Origin: an uncultured Gemmatimonadales bacterium
GTDB lineage: Bacteria > Gemmatimonadota > Gemmatimonadetes > Longimicrobiales > Gaopeijiaceae
Reading direction: 5' to 3'
Length of the DNA: 64,000 nucleotides
NCBI GenBank assembly: GCA_963809895.1
Contig: CAWELD010000003.1
Coordinates: forward strand, 1,344,001-1,408,000
Shown here one piece after another: positions 19,700-29,740 of this stretch. The notes beneath the pieces were generated by a model that was not told where the DNA came from, did no database searches, and was given only the letters and a program-made list of their open reading frames with translations. Position numbers and translations under genes: made by a program. Position 1 is the first letter of the stretch. Each line of letters begins with the position of its first letter.

Positions 19700-20538
19700 C
19701 GGTGCGTCGCCTCCGCAAGCGCTGCGCGCATGGCGTCCAGGGGCGCGTCGCGCTGCCACCAGCGCTCGAAGGCGGCCGCGCCCTGCTGCAGGAGCATCTC
19801 CCGCCCGTCGTCGGCGGGAATCCCCCGGGACCTCGCCTCGCGCACGAAGCGGGTGCCTTCGGCGCCCGGACCGTACACGACGTCCAGCACGGCGCCCACG
19901 TCGGCGAAGCGCCCCAGATCCACCGGCAGGGGATCCCCCGGCTCCAACCCCAACCGGGTGGCGTTGACGACCAGGTCCCGATGGGCGCCGACGAGCTCGC
20001 CGTCGTCGGCCAGCACCCGGATGCGGGGGTCACGCAGGGCGTCGGCGAGCTCCCGGGCGCGTCGGGGAGTACGGTTCAGGATCGACACCCGGGCGGCCCC
20101 CGACGCCAGCAGCGCCACCACCACCGCCCGTGCGGCGCCGCCGGCTCCCAGCACCAGCACGTCCCGGTCTCTCGCTCCACCGTCCAGCGAGATCTCCGTG
20201 GCTCGGCGGAATCCCTCGACGTCGGTGTTGTCGGCCACGACCTGCCCGTCCTCCATCCAGAACGTATTGGCCACGCCGGTATGACGGGCCGCCGGCAGGG
20301 ATCGGTCCGCGGCCCGCAATGCGGCGGCCTTGTGCGGCAGCGTCACGTTGCCGCCGCCCCCGGCCAGCGCCAGCCCCCGGAGCAGCCCGTGGACGTGGGA
20401 TCCGTCGACGCGCAGCGCCACGTAGACGCCGTCCACGCCGGCGGCCCGAAAGGCCGCGTTCTGGATCTCCGGCGAGCGCGAATGCGCTACCGGGTCGCCC
20501 AGGACGGCGAACACGCGGGTCGCGGCGGAGAGATCCAC
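19696..20538 (-). CDS. aroE: Shikimate dehydrogenase
   Basis: GDPVAHSRSP, NVTLPHK, DNTDVEG, GAGGAAR. Confidence 0.95.
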   Translation of the reverse strand: MDLSAATRVFAVLGDPVAHSRSPEIQNAAFRAAGVDGVYVALRVDGSHVHGLLRGLALAGGGGNVTLPHKAAALRAADRSLPAARHTGVANTFWMEDGQVVADNTDVEGFRRATEISLDGGARDRDVLVLGAGGAARAVVVALLASGAARVSILNRTPRRARELADALRDPRIRVLADDGELVGAHRDLVVNATRLGLEPGDPLPVDLGRFADVGAVLDVVYGPGAEGTRFVREARSRGIPADDGREMLLQQGAAAFERWWQRDAPLDAMRAALAEATHR

Positions 20539-20543
20539 GGAGG

Positions 20544-21044
20544 TCAGGGAGCCAGGATGGGCTCGAGGCGGTTCAGCACGCGCTCCACCAGGTCCCGCAG
20601 CACCTGGAAGGTGGCCTCGTAGGCCGCGTCGTCACCGCCGAAGGGATCCGGGATCCCCTCCCCCGCCCCGGGAGCGGCTTCCTCTCCCCGTGCGAAGGGG
20701 ATCAAGAGCGCGGCACGCCCCTCGCCCCCGAGCTCGCGGATACGCGCCAGATGGTGCGGAGACATGGCCAGCACCAGGTCCGCCTCCTCCACCAGTTCGG
20801 CCGTGAGCGGCCGGCTGGCGTGCTCGTTCAGGGGGAGTGCGTGCCGCTGGCCCACCGCCAGCGCGCCCCGGGACGCCGACAGGCCCGGGACGGTGGACAC
20901 GCCGGCGGACCCCACCTCCAGGTGGGCCCAGCCCCGGGCCTCCGCCGCCGCACGGGCCAGCGCCTCGGCCATGGGGCTTCGGCAGGTGTTGCCGGTGCAC
21001 ACGAAGAGCAGACGGAAGGCGTCGGGACGCTCGGCTTCAGTCAT
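20544..21044 (-). CDS. Low-molecular-weight protein tyrosine/arginine phosphatase
   Basis: FVCTGNTCRSPMAE, IPDPFGG. Confidence 0.93.
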   Translation of the reverse strand: MTEAERPDAFRLLFVCTGNTCRSPMAEALARAAAEARGWAHLEVGSAGVSTVPGLSASRGALAVGQRHALPLNEHASRPLTAELVEEADLVLAMSPHHLARIRELGGEGRAALLIPFARGEEAAPGAGEGIPDPFGGDDAAYEATFQVLRDLVERVLNRLEPILAP

Positions 21045-21702
21045 GGGTCTCGGGACGCACGCAACGCAGGCGCGACAGGGGGATGGCGCCCTCGCGCAGG
21101 ATGCGGGGGACCTCTTCGGTGCAATCCACCAGGGTGGACGGGGGGCTGGGCGGGAGGACGCCGGCATCGACGATCCAGATGTCGTCGGGGGCGGCGCCCA
21201 GCTCCCGGGCCGCGGCCGCGGCCTCTCGGCCGGACCGGGCCGCCGCCCGCCCCGGCGCGTTGGCGCTGGTGGAGGTCAGGGGTCCGCCCAGTCCCGTCAC
21301 CAGGGCCGCGGCCACGGGGTGGGCGCTCTGCCGCACCGCCACGCCGCCTGCCGGCGAGCGTACGCCGGCGGGATAGGCCGCGGACGGATCCGCCAGCACC
21401 AGGGTGAGCGCGCCGGGCCAGAACACCTCGGCGAGCTCGCGCGCGGCGTCGTTCCAGACGAGCTCGGGCACGGTATGGGCCCCTCCCACCAGGAGCAGGA
21501 AGGGCTGCTCAGGGCCACGTTGCTTGAGGCGCTGGAGGCGCGCTACGGGGTCGGCGGCGGCCCCACCACCGAATCCGTACACGGTCTCGGTGGGATACGC
21601 GACCAGCCCGCCGGCGCGCAGGTGCGCGATCACGGGGTCGAGCTCCGACGGATCGGAAGGGTCGAAGGCCCGCACATCCACCGTGGGCAGTCGCTCACCC
21701 AT
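21037..21702 (-). CDS. tsaC: L-threonylcarbamoyladenylate synthase (Sua5/TsaC)
   Basis: YPTETVYG, FWPGALT, TSTSAN. Confidence 0.92.
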   Translation of the reverse strand: MGERLPTVDVRAFDPSDPSELDPVIAHLRAGGLVAYPTETVYGFGGGAAADPVARLQRLKQRGPEQPFLLLVGGAHTVPELVWNDAARELAEVFWPGALTLVLADPSAAYPAGVRSPAGGVAVRQSAHPVAAALVTGLGGPLTSTSANAPGRAAARSGREAAAAARELGAAPDDIWIVDAGVLPPSPPSTLVDCTEEVPRILREGAIPLSRLRCVRPETHD

Positions 21703-22414
21703 CCGCACCCTCCTCCGCGGTCTGATCCAGGAGCAGCTCGGCCAGGCGCAGATCTCCGGGGCGGGTGACCTTGAGGTTGCGGGGGGAGCCCTTCACCATG
21801 ACCACCGTTTCGCCCACGGCCTCCACCAGCGAGGCGTCGTCGGTGCTGGACGCGAGCAGATCCTCCCGCGCCAACGCACGGCGGAGCAGCGGAGCCGGGA
21901 ATCCCTGGGGGGTCTGGGCGTGCCAGATCTCGTCGCGGGGTGGCGTCTCCACGATGCGCCGGGCCCCGTCGACCCGCTTCAGGGTGTCGGTGGCGGGCCA
22001 GCCGGCCACGGCTCCGTGCCCCAGGGCCGCTTCGGCCACCACCCGCTCCACGACGTCGGCGGTCACCAGCGGCCGGGCGGCGTCGTGCACCAGGATGATC
22101 TCCACGTCGTCGGGGAGGGCAGCCACCGCCCGCGCCACCGATGCGGCCCGCGTCTCTCCCCCGACCACCACCCGGACCCGGTGATCCAGCGCTTCGATCC
22201 AGCGGGGGGGGTCGGCGGCCTCGTCGGGCGCCAGGGCCACCCGCACGGCGACGACCCGGGGATCGGCCAGAAAGGGCACCAGGGCGTGGGCCAACAGCGG
22301 ACGTCCTCGCAGCTCCAGCCAGGGTTTGCGCCGTCCACCCATCCTGCGCCCCATGCCGGCGGCCGGCACGGCGACCCCGATGCGTGGTGAGGGGGCCGGC
22401 TCGCCCCCCGTCAC
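21695..22414 (-). CDS. ispD: MEP cytidylyltransferase
   Basis: PAAGMGRRMG, VHDAARP, QTPQGF, NLKVT. Confidence 0.95.
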   Translation of the reverse strand: MTGGEPAPSPRIGVAVPAAGMGRRMGGRRKPWLELRGRPLLAHALVPFLADPRVVAVRVALAPDEAADPPRWIEALDHRVRVVVGGETRAASVARAVAALPDDVEIILVHDAARPLVTADVVERVVAEAALGHGAVAGWPATDTLKRVDGARRIVETPPRDEIWHAQTPQGFPAPLLRRALAREDLLASSTDDASLVEAVGETVVMVKGSPRNLKVTRPGDLRLAELLLDQTAEEGADG

Positions 22415-23871
22415 GAGTTGTAGCCCGACGAGCCCCGGGACGAGGATCCGCCGGCGTTCGCCCCGGCGGCCTGCCCTTCCCGGGCCATGGAGTCGAAGCG
22501 GGTGTAGGCCTTGTAGAAATAGAGATTCACGGTGCCGGTGGGGCCGTTGCGCTGCTTGGAGACGATGAGCTCGGCATGTCCTTCGATGGAATTGCCGTCG
22601 TTGTCCACGGGCCCAAAATAGTATTCGGGCCGGTACAGAAACATGACCAGATCGGCATCCTGCTCGATGCTTCCGGACTCGCGCAGATCGGAGAGCATGG
22701 GGCGCTTGTCATTGCGCTGCTCGGGGGCCCGGGAAAGCTGGGACAGGGCCACCAGCGGTGCATCGAGCTCACGGGCCAGAGCCTTGAGACCGCGCGAAAT
22801 CTGGCTCACCTCCTGCACCCGGTTCTCGGAGCGGGCATCGCCGGCCATGAGCTGCAGATAGTCGACCACGACCATACCGAGCTGCCGACCCTCGGCCTGG
22901 ATCTCGCTGGCCAGCCGGCGAGCCTTGGCGCGCATCTCCAGCACGGTGGCCCCGGGCGAGTCGTCGATCCAGATGGGCGCCGTGTTCAGGTGGCCCGCGG
23001 CGGCGGCCAGACGCTGGTGCTCGTCGGGCGACATCCCTCCCCGCCGGATGTGCTGGGCGTCGATGCGCGCCTCCGCCGACAACAGGCGCTTCAGGAGCTG
23101 CTCCTTGCTCATCTCCAGCGAGAAGATGGCCACGGGAATCTGGTGCTCGATGGCGGCGTTGGCCGCCACGTTCAGCACCCACGAGGTCTTTCCCATGGAG
23201 GGACGCGCCGCCACGATGGACAGGTCTCCCTTCTGGAGCCCGGTGGTCATGCGGTCGAGGTCGGCGAACCCCGACGGGACGCCGGTGATGGGAGAGCCCG
23301 ACTCCTGCAGGCGCTCGATCTCCTCGAAGGCGGGCCACAGCAGGTCCTTGATGCGCACGAAGCCTTCGCGGGCGTGGCTCTCCGCCACCTGGAAGACGCG
23401 TGCTTCGGCCTGATCCAGGATCTCCTCGACCTCGCGCTCTCCCTGCTCGTAGACGTCGCGGATGATGGCCTGGGACGCGTCGATGAGCCGCCGGAGCAGC
23501 GCCTTCTCCCGCACGATGCGCGCGTGGAATTCGATGTTCGCGGCCGTGGGCACCGCGTCCAGGAGCTCGGCGATGTAGTCCAGGCCCCCGGCGGACTCCA
23601 GCTCGTCGGTCTTCTTGAGGTCTTCGGAGATGGTGATGACGTCGATGACCTCGCCGCGCTCGAAGAGGCGGGACATGGACCGGAACAGACGTCGGTGCGC
23701 CTCGCGGAAGAACATGGAGGGCTGCAGCGCCTCCACGGCCCGCGCCACCGCGTCCCGATCGATGAGCATGCCGCCCAGGACCGAGATCTCCGCCTCCGCC
23801 GAGTAGGGCGGGCGCCGGTCGTAGCCGGATGCCTGAACGGCGGGCGCGGTGGAGGATTCGGGCGGATTCAC
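22411..23871 (-). CDS. dnaB: Replicative DNA helicase
   Basis: AARPSMGKT, DYLQLM, SQLSR, DLRESGSIEQDAD; no intein. Confidence 0.98.
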   Translation of the reverse strand: MNPPESSTAPAVQASGYDRRPPYSAEAEISVLGGMLIDRDAVARAVEALQPSMFFREAHRRLFRSMSRLFERGEVIDVITISEDLKKTDELESAGGLDYIAELLDAVPTAANIEFHARIVREKALLRRLIDASQAIIRDVYEQGEREVEEILDQAEARVFQVAESHAREGFVRIKDLLWPAFEEIERLQESGSPITGVPSGFADLDRMTTGLQKGDLSIVAARPSMGKTSWVLNVAANAAIEHQIPVAIFSLEMSKEQLLKRLLSAEARIDAQHIRRGGMSPDEHQRLAAAAGHLNTAPIWIDDSPGATVLEMRAKARRLASEIQAEGRQLGMVVVDYLQLMAGDARSENRVQEVSQISRGLKALARELDAPLVALSQLSRAPEQRNDKRPMLSDLRESGSIEQDADLVMFLYRPEYYFGPVDNDGNSIEGHAELIVSKQRNGPTGTVNLYFYKAYTRFDSMAREGQAAGANAGGSSSRGSSGYNS

Positions 23872-23890
23872 GCTGTCTCGCTGGTCTCGG

Positions 23891-24706
23891 TCAGGCCTGG
23901 TCCAGAATCCCCCGCAGGAGCTGGAGATCGTCCCACGTGGGCCGGCTCCAGGAGGGGTTCCGGAGAAGGGCGGCCGGGTGGTACGTCACCACCAACGGCA
24001 CGCCCTCGTAACTGTACACCGACCCCCGGATCTTGCCCAGGGCGTTCTGGGACCCGGTGAGGAGCTGAGCGGCAAACGTACCCACCGCCAGCAGCGCCTG
24101 CGGGCGGACGAGCTCGAGTTGCCGCCGCAGGTAGGGCGAGCAGGTCTCGATCTCGTCGGGCTGGGGATTGCGGTTTCCGGGGGGGCGGCACTTGAGGACG
24201 TTGCAGATGTAGACCGAATCCTTCCGGGACAGGTCCACCGCGGCCAGCATCAGGTCCAGGAGTTTGCCGGCGGCACCCACGAAAGGCAGCCCCGTGCGGT
24301 CCTCGTTGGCGCCGGGCGCCTCGCCCACCACCACCAGCCGGGCCTCGGGGTTGCCGTCGCTGAACACCACCTGGGTGCGTCCCTGGGCCAGCCTGCAGCG
24401 CGTGCACTGTAGCGCCGTCTCCCGAAGGGCGTCGTAATCCAGGGTGGAGAGGTCGACGGAGGCGTCGCCGGCGCCGCCCGACGCAACCGGGGCGGCGGCC
24501 CGGGCTCCACGGCCCGGGTCGGCGGCCCGGGGCGAGTCCATGTCCTGCGGGGCGGCAGAGACCGGGGCACCCGCCGCAGCGGCCCGCACGGCCTCCAACA
24601 CCCGGCTCCGCTCGGATCGCTGCAGGAAGAGCCCCGGCATGCCGGCTTCCTCCCTCTGGCGCAGGAAGCGCGCGACCTCGCGGGGATCGGGTCGGCGGCC
24701 GGTCAC
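23891..24706 (-). CDS. Uracil-DNA glycosylase, family 4
   Basis: CTRCRL, GEAPGANED, NVLKCRPPGNR, TYHPAALLR. Confidence 0.94.
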   Translation of the reverse strand: MTGRRPDPREVARFLRQREEAGMPGLFLQRSERSRVLEAVRAAAAGAPVSAAPQDMDSPRAADPGRGARAAAPVASGGAGDASVDLSTLDYDALRETALQCTRCRLAQGRTQVVFSDGNPEARLVVVGEAPGANEDRTGLPFVGAAGKLLDLMLAAVDLSRKDSVYICNVLKCRPPGNRNPQPDEIETCSPYLRRQLELVRPQALLAVGTFAAQLLTGSQNALGKIRGSVYSYEGVPLVVTYHPAALLRNPSWSRPTWDDLQLLRGILDQA

Positions 24707-25944
24707 GACGGACCGCCCAGCAGCGACTCGACGCGGTCGAGGACGGCGTCCGCCACCCGGTCCTTGGACAGGAGGGGCAGCGACTCCTCGCCGCCGTCCG
24801 CCGTGAGCAACGTGACGCGGTTCGTGGTCACGTCGAAGCCCGCACCCTCTTCGGTGGCGTCGTTGGCCACCAGGAGGTGGAATCCCTTTTCCCGGAGCTT
24901 GGCGCGGGCGTTCTCCAGGAGGTCGGCGGTCTCCAGCGCGAATCCCACGGCCACCGCCCCGGCGGGCAGCAGCGCCCGGGTCTCGCGCGCGATGTCCGGA
25001 TTGGCCACCAGTTCGAGGGTGAGCTCGTCTCCGGCTTCGCGCCGCTTGAGCTTGGTGTCGGCCACCTGGCCGGGCCGGTAGTCGGCGACCGCGGCGGCGT
25101 GGATCACGACGTCGGCGCCGGGGGCGCGCTCCCGGACCGCGGCGAGCATCTCCCGGGCCGATTCCACCCGCACCACGTCGGCACCCACCGGATCCGGCAG
25201 GCTCGTGGGGCCGCTCACCAGGCGAACCGTCGCCCCCCGCCGCCACGCGGCACGCGCCAGTGCGTAGCCCATGCGACCCGAGGAGCGGTTCCCGACGTAG
25301 CGCACCGGATCCAGCGCCTCGCGCGTCGGGCCCGCCGTGACCACCACGGTGCGTCCCCTGAGGGGACCGGGCGCCTCGAGGAGCCGTCCGACGTGCTCCA
25401 GGATGTCCGCGGGCTCCAGCATGCGCCCGGGACCCTCCGCCTCGCCCACGGCGAGCGCCCCGGCGGCGGGCCCGGCCAGGTGGTAGCCCAGGGTCTCGGC
25501 GCAGTGCGCGGCGTTGGCCCGTACCTGGGCGTGGCTCCACATGTGGTCGTTCATGGCCGGGCACAGCAGGACCGGGGCCCGGGTGGCCAGGAGCGTCGTG
25601 GTGAGGAGGTCGTCGGCCCGTCCGTGGGCCGCGCGGGCCAGGAAATCGGCGGTGGCAGGAGCCACGCACACCAGGTCGCACTCACGGCCCAGCAGGATGT
25701 GCCGTGCCGCGCCGTCGACGGAGAAGAGCTCCGTGAGCACGGCGCGACCCGTGACGCCCTCGAAGGTGAGGGGGCGAACGAACTCCTGGGCACCCCGCGT
25801 GAGGACGGCGTCCACCTCGGCGCCCAGGCGCGTCAGGTCCCGGGCGAGCTGAACGGACTTGTACGCGGCGATGCCCCCGGTGACCCCGAGCACGACCCGT
25901 CGCCCCTGCCAGGGACGCCGGGGCTCGTCGTAGGCGGCCGTCAC
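24703..25944 (-). CDS. coaBC: Bifunctional PPC decarboxylase/ligase
   Basis: GVTGGIAAYK, PAMN, TAGPTRE, NRSSGRMG, GFALET. Confidence 0.96.
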   Translation of the reverse strand: MTAAYDEPRRPWQGRRVVLGVTGGIAAYKSVQLARDLTRLGAEVDAVLTRGAQEFVRPLTFEGVTGRAVLTELFSVDGAARHILLGRECDLVCVAPATADFLARAAHGRADDLLTTTLLATRAPVLLCPAMNDHMWSHAQVRANAAHCAETLGYHLAGPAAGALAVGEAEGPGRMLEPADILEHVGRLLEAPGPLRGRTVVVTAGPTREALDPVRYVGNRSSGRMGYALARAAWRRGATVRLVSGPTSLPDPVGADVVRVESAREMLAAVRERAPGADVVIHAAAVADYRPGQVADTKLKRREAGDELTLELVANPDIARETRALLPAGAVAVGFALETADLLENARAKLREKGFHLLVANDATEEGAGFDVTTNRVTLLTADGGEESLPLLSKDRVADAVLDRVESLLGGPS

Positions 25945-25963
25945 CGGACCCCCCGAGGCCTGC

Positions 25964-26179
25964 TCAGTCCTCGCGGCGGCGGCGCTTCACCAGGCGGAAC
26001 TCGATCTGCCCGGAGGTGAGAGCCTCCAGCGAGCGGGTCGTGAGCTTCTTCTCCTCACCCAGCGGGAGAACCTCCCGGGGCAGCGTGTTGAGCTCCCGTG
26101 CGTACTTGGCAGCCACCAGGACACCCAGGTACTTGCTGTAGGTGTTCTTGGCCACTTCGTTCGGCGTGAAGACGCGCAT
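25964..26179 (-). CDS. rpoZ: RNA polymerase omega subunit
   Basis: SKYLGVLVAAKYARELN; gmk-rpoZ-coaBC synteny. Confidence 0.88.
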   Translation of the reverse strand: MRVFTPNEVAKNTYSKYLGVLVAAKYARELNTLPREVLPLGEEKKLTTRSLEALTSGQIEFRLVKRRRRED

Positions 26180-26185
26180 GTTCCG

Positions 26186-26872
26186 CTACTCCTTGACTGT
26201 CGTCGTGACGTCCTGCGGGTTCGCCGGGTCGGCGAACTGTTCACGCAGGACCCGCTCCACCCCCTCGCGGAGGCGAGCCACCTGTGCTCGCATGTCTTCG
26301 GGCCGGGCGAGCGTTCTCCGGCCATGTACGAATCCCCGGATCGCATCCACCGTGCGGTCCAGATCGTCGTTGATCACCACTTCGTCGAAATCGTCCACCG
26401 CATCCAGCTCACGCAACGCCGTCTTCAGGCGCCGGGCCAGCTCGGCGCGGTTCTCCGTGCCTCGCGCGGTGAGTCTCTCCAGCAGGGCGTCCACCGACGG
26501 TGGCAGCACGAAGACCAGGAGCGCATCGGGCACGCGCTCGCGGATCTGCGCCGCTCCCTGCACGTCGATGTCCAGCACCACGTGACGGCCCGCCGCCGCC
26601 TCCTGGTCGAGGCGCTCCCGGGGCGTGCCGTACATGCGCCCGTGCACCTCGGCCCATTCCACGAGCTCACCGTCCTCGGCCATCTCGCGAAACGAATTCT
26701 CGTCCACGAAATCGTAATCGACCCCGTGCCGCTCGCCGGAGCGGGGAGAGCGCGTGGTGGCCGACACCGAGAAGACGAAATCGTCGTCCTCACCCACCAG
26801 GCGGTGCGCGATGGTGGTCTTGCCGGTCCCGCTGGGGGCCGCCAGCACCAGGGGGCGGGCCCGAAAGCTCAC
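26186..26872 (-). CDS. gmk: Guanylate kinase
   Basis: APSGTGKTT, SATTRSPRSGE, YGTP, DIDVQG. Confidence 0.96.
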   Translation of the reverse strand: MSFRARPLVLAAPSGTGKTTIAHRLVGEDDDFVFSVSATTRSPRSGERHGVDYDFVDENSFREMAEDGELVEWAEVHGRMYGTPRERLDQEAAAGRHVVLDIDVQGAAQIRERVPDALLVFVLPPSVDALLERLTARGTENRAELARRLKTALRELDAVDDFDEVVINDDLDRTVDAIRGFVHGRRTLARPEDMRAQVARLREGVERVLREQFADPANPQDVTTTVKE

Positions 26873-27765
26873 TCCACGTTCTCCACCTGCTCCCGTAAAC
26901 GCTCGATCTCTTCCTTCATGGCCACCGACGCGTGCGCGATCACGGCGTCGTTGGCCTTGCTGCCTATGGTGTTGGCCTCCCGATGCATCTCCTGCACCAG
27001 GAACGACAACCGCTTGCCCACCGGCTCGGCGGCGTCGCTCGTCAGCGCTTCCCGGAACAGATCGAGATGGGATCGGAATCGGACGATCTCCTCGTTGATG
27101 TCCCATTTCTCCGCGAGATACGCCACCTCGCGGGCCAGCCGCTCGTCGTCCACGTCTTCCTGCTGCGCCAGCTCGGCGATCTGTGCCCGCAGCCGGTCGC
27201 GCTCGGCCACCAGGCGCTCGGGCGCCCGTTCCTCCACGCGCCCGATCTCGGTCGCCATGGCGTCCAGGCGCCCCTCCAGGTCCTCCCGGAGGCGGGCGCC
27301 TTCCGCCTCGCGCATGGCCACCAGCGCGGCCGCGGCCGCTTCCACCACGGGCCGGAGCACCTCGGCCGACACCGCCGGCGCCCGGTTGCGGGCCTCCGGG
27401 GTGCGAAGGATGTCGCCGAATCGCGACACCGCGGCCAGGTCCACCTCGCCGTCCAGCCCCAGCTCGTCCTTGAGGGCGCGCATCAGCTCGGCGTAGCGCG
27501 CCGCCCGAACGAGGTCCAGGACCGGCAACTCGTCTTCCCGTGCCGTCTCCTCGCTACGATCCAACGACACCGACAGGGTCGCGTGCCCTCGTGAAATGTA
27601 GGCACGCAGCCACTGCTGGATCTCATGCTCCACCCGGTCGAAGCCCGGCGGTGTACGAACGCTCGTGTTGAGGAAGCGGTGGTTTACGGTCTTGATCTCG
27701 ACTCGGAGACGCCCCCCTTCGACAGGGGCTTCGGCCTCTCCGAAGCCGGTCATGCTCCGGATCAT
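26869..27765 (-). CDS. yicC: YicC/YloC family endoribonuclease
   Basis: MIRSMTGFG, KTVNHRF, QEMHREANTIGSK, REQVENVE. Confidence 0.95.
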   Translation of the reverse strand: MIRSMTGFGEAEAPVEGGRLRVEIKTVNHRFLNTSVRTPPGFDRVEHEIQQWLRAYISRGHATLSVSLDRSEETAREDELPVLDLVRAARYAELMRALKDELGLDGEVDLAAVSRFGDILRTPEARNRAPAVSAEVLRPVVEAAAAALVAMREAEGARLREDLEGRLDAMATEIGRVEERAPERLVAERDRLRAQIAELAQQEDVDDERLAREVAYLAEKWDINEEIVRFRSHLDLFREALTSDAAEPVGKRLSFLVQEMHREANTIGSKANDAVIAHASVAMKEEIERLREQVENVE

Positions 27766-27799
27766 GGGTGCTCCTTCGATAGCCTCATAAGATAGACCC

Positions 27800-29740
27800 T
27801 CAGTTCCAGAGGGTCCACCGCACCCCGTACAGGGACCGGGTGGTCGGAAGGAGCCGGTCGGGGTAGTCCTGGTTGTCACGGTGCAGGAACGCGTTGTCCA
27901 GACGGAAGAAGATCCGCACGGTCTGCACGCGGATCTGCAGATGCACGTTCCAGCTCTGATAGAATGGCACACGAGCCAGGGTCGCCGCATCCCCCTCGCC
28001 CTCGAGGAAGGGCACGAGCATGGGATCGCGACCCTGCACCTGGAGGCCTCCGTGCACCTCCAGGTTGCCCGACGGGAGGAAGACGTCGTGGAAGTCGAGC
28101 CCTCCCTGATAGACCCGCTTGGGGCGGTAGACGGCCTCGTCCTGCCACTGGACGAGGGAGCCCACCAGGCCGAATCCCGAGACCGGAAGCGCGAGCCGCC
28201 CCGACACCTGGAATCCCCGGGAATCGGATCCGGCCACCGTCACGCCGCCGCGGTCGGAGAGCAGCCCCAACGGGTACAGGCTGTCGATCTTGCTCCTGAG
28301 CCAGGCCCCGGTGAGGTCCACCGGGCCCAGCACCAGGTGGGCGCCGACGCGCAGCGTGGTGGCATCGGAGACGTGGTGGGTCGGGAGCACCTCGGGCACG
28401 GGCTCGGGCTCCTGTTGCGCCGTGCCCCCGGTGCCCGTGCCGTCGCCGGTGCCGTCGTCCGGCGGAGGGATGGTGTCGCGCTCCTCGAACACACGGGCAC
28501 CCCGGGCCCCGGTCTCGTATCGGACGAAGCCCGAGAGGCCGAAGAAGGACGGCGTCCACGCCCGGAGCCCCCGGGTGGAGAGCCCCTTCCCGTCCCAACG
28601 GTCCATGGACCAGTCCAGCGTGACCCCCGCGTCGCGCGGGAGCGCGAGGCCCGCCGAGACGTCGGCCCGGAAGGAGGGCAGGTCGGGCGCCGACAGGAAG
28701 CGCGCCGCGCCGTGGGCCCACACGCGCCCGCGCTCCAGCCCCAGTCGTACGCCGTGCTGGCCCCGGCTCGCGTCCAGCGGGGTCAGGCTGTCGCCCTCCG
28801 AGGCGACGCTGCTCCGGCCCGTGAAGGCCTCGGCCACCACGCCGTCGGCGAGCCGCGCCCGCCCGCGCACGACCCAGTCGGTCCGGGTGGTCTTGGGCGG
28901 AATCCGCGACAACTCGGCCTCGGCCAGATTGCGTCGCAGCTCGAAGACGATGCCCGCGTCCTCTCCCCGGTGGAGCCCGTAGCGGAGCCAGAGCCCCTGA
29001 CGCGAGCCGGGCTCCTGTGCGCCGGTCCCCTCGGTGTCGATGCGCTCCAGCGAGACGCCCAGGCTGCCGCCCAGCGCCCGCGGATGCACGAAGGTGCCCC
29101 GGAACACGTTGGTGCGCAGGTCTCCGGTACCCGCCTCCACCAGCGACAGCGGACGCGGGTCCTCGGCCCGGAGCGCGGTGAGGTAGATGCGGAGCTCCCC
29201 CGCCGCGCGCTCGATGCGGACCTCGCTCAGCGCCCCCAGCGAGATCCGTGACAGATCGGGGATGGAGCCGTCGAGGGGCGTGGCCTCGAAACCGTCGGTG
29301 AACACGCGCACGCGTCCCGCGGTCAGACCCGGCGCCGTGACCCCCTCGGGCGCGCCGTAGTCCCCGTAGCGCAGAGGGAGCATGCCCGGCGTGCGCTCGA
29401 GGAGCTCCTCCAGGGTGAAGGCCGGCTCGCCGAGCAACTGATCCCGGTCCCACGTCCAGACGCCGCTCTCGGGGCGGGCGGGGGTCGTGGCCGGCATCTC
29501 CGGCAGCTGACGGATTACCAACGAATCGGCCATCACCGAGTCGGCGGGCACCGTGTCGGGCACCGCCTGCGCCAGCGAGTCGGGCACCGACACGGTGTCC
29601 CGCGCCACAGCGGAGTCCGGGGGCTCCTGGGCCCGGAGCGGAGCCGCGGACGCCAGCAGGAGCAGCGCACACAGGGTCCCGGCCAGGCGGGGGCCGGGCG
29701 ACGACCGGCGACAGCTCACCGGGCGCGGCTCCGGACCCAC
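27800..29740 (-). CDS. Outer-membrane beta-barrel protein with TonB-receptor-like plug
   Basis: Signal peptide, TLEELLERTPG plug-like segment, C-terminal YGVRWTLWN; start may be GTG 29719. Confidence 0.7.
   Translation of the reverse strand: MGPEPRPVSCRRSSPGPRLAGTLCALLLLASAAPLRAQEPPDSAVARDTVSVPDSLAQAVPDTVPADSVMADSLVIRQLPEMPATTPARPESGVWTWDRDQLLGEPAFTLEELLERTPGMLPLRYGDYGAPEGVTAPGLTAGRVRVFTDGFEATPLDGSIPDLSRISLGALSEVRIERAAGELRIYLTALRAEDPRPLSLVEAGTGDLRTNVFRGTFVHPRALGGSLGVSLERIDTEGTGAQEPGSRQGLWLRYGLHRGEDAGIVFELRRNLAEAELSRIPPKTTRTDWVVRGRARLADGVVAEAFTGRSSVASEGDSLTPLDASRGQHGVRLGLERGRVWAHGAARFLSAPDLPSFRADVSAGLALPRDAGVTLDWSMDRWDGKGLSTRGLRAWTPSFFGLSGFVRYETGARGARVFEERDTIPPPDDGTGDGTGTGGTAQQEPEPVPEVLPTHHVSDATTLRVGAHLVLGPVDLTGAWLRSKIDSLYPLGLLSDRGGVTVAGSDSRGFQVSGRLALPVSGFGLVGSLVQWQDEAVYRPKRVYQGGLDFHDVFLPSGNLEVHGGLQVQGRDPMLVPFLEGEGDAATLARVPFYQSWNVHLQIRVQTVRIFFRLDNAFLHRDNQDYPDRLLPTTRSLYGVRWTLWN

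Noticed and set aside
22411..23871. Possible intein in DnaB
   Set aside because: Normal length and contiguous motifs
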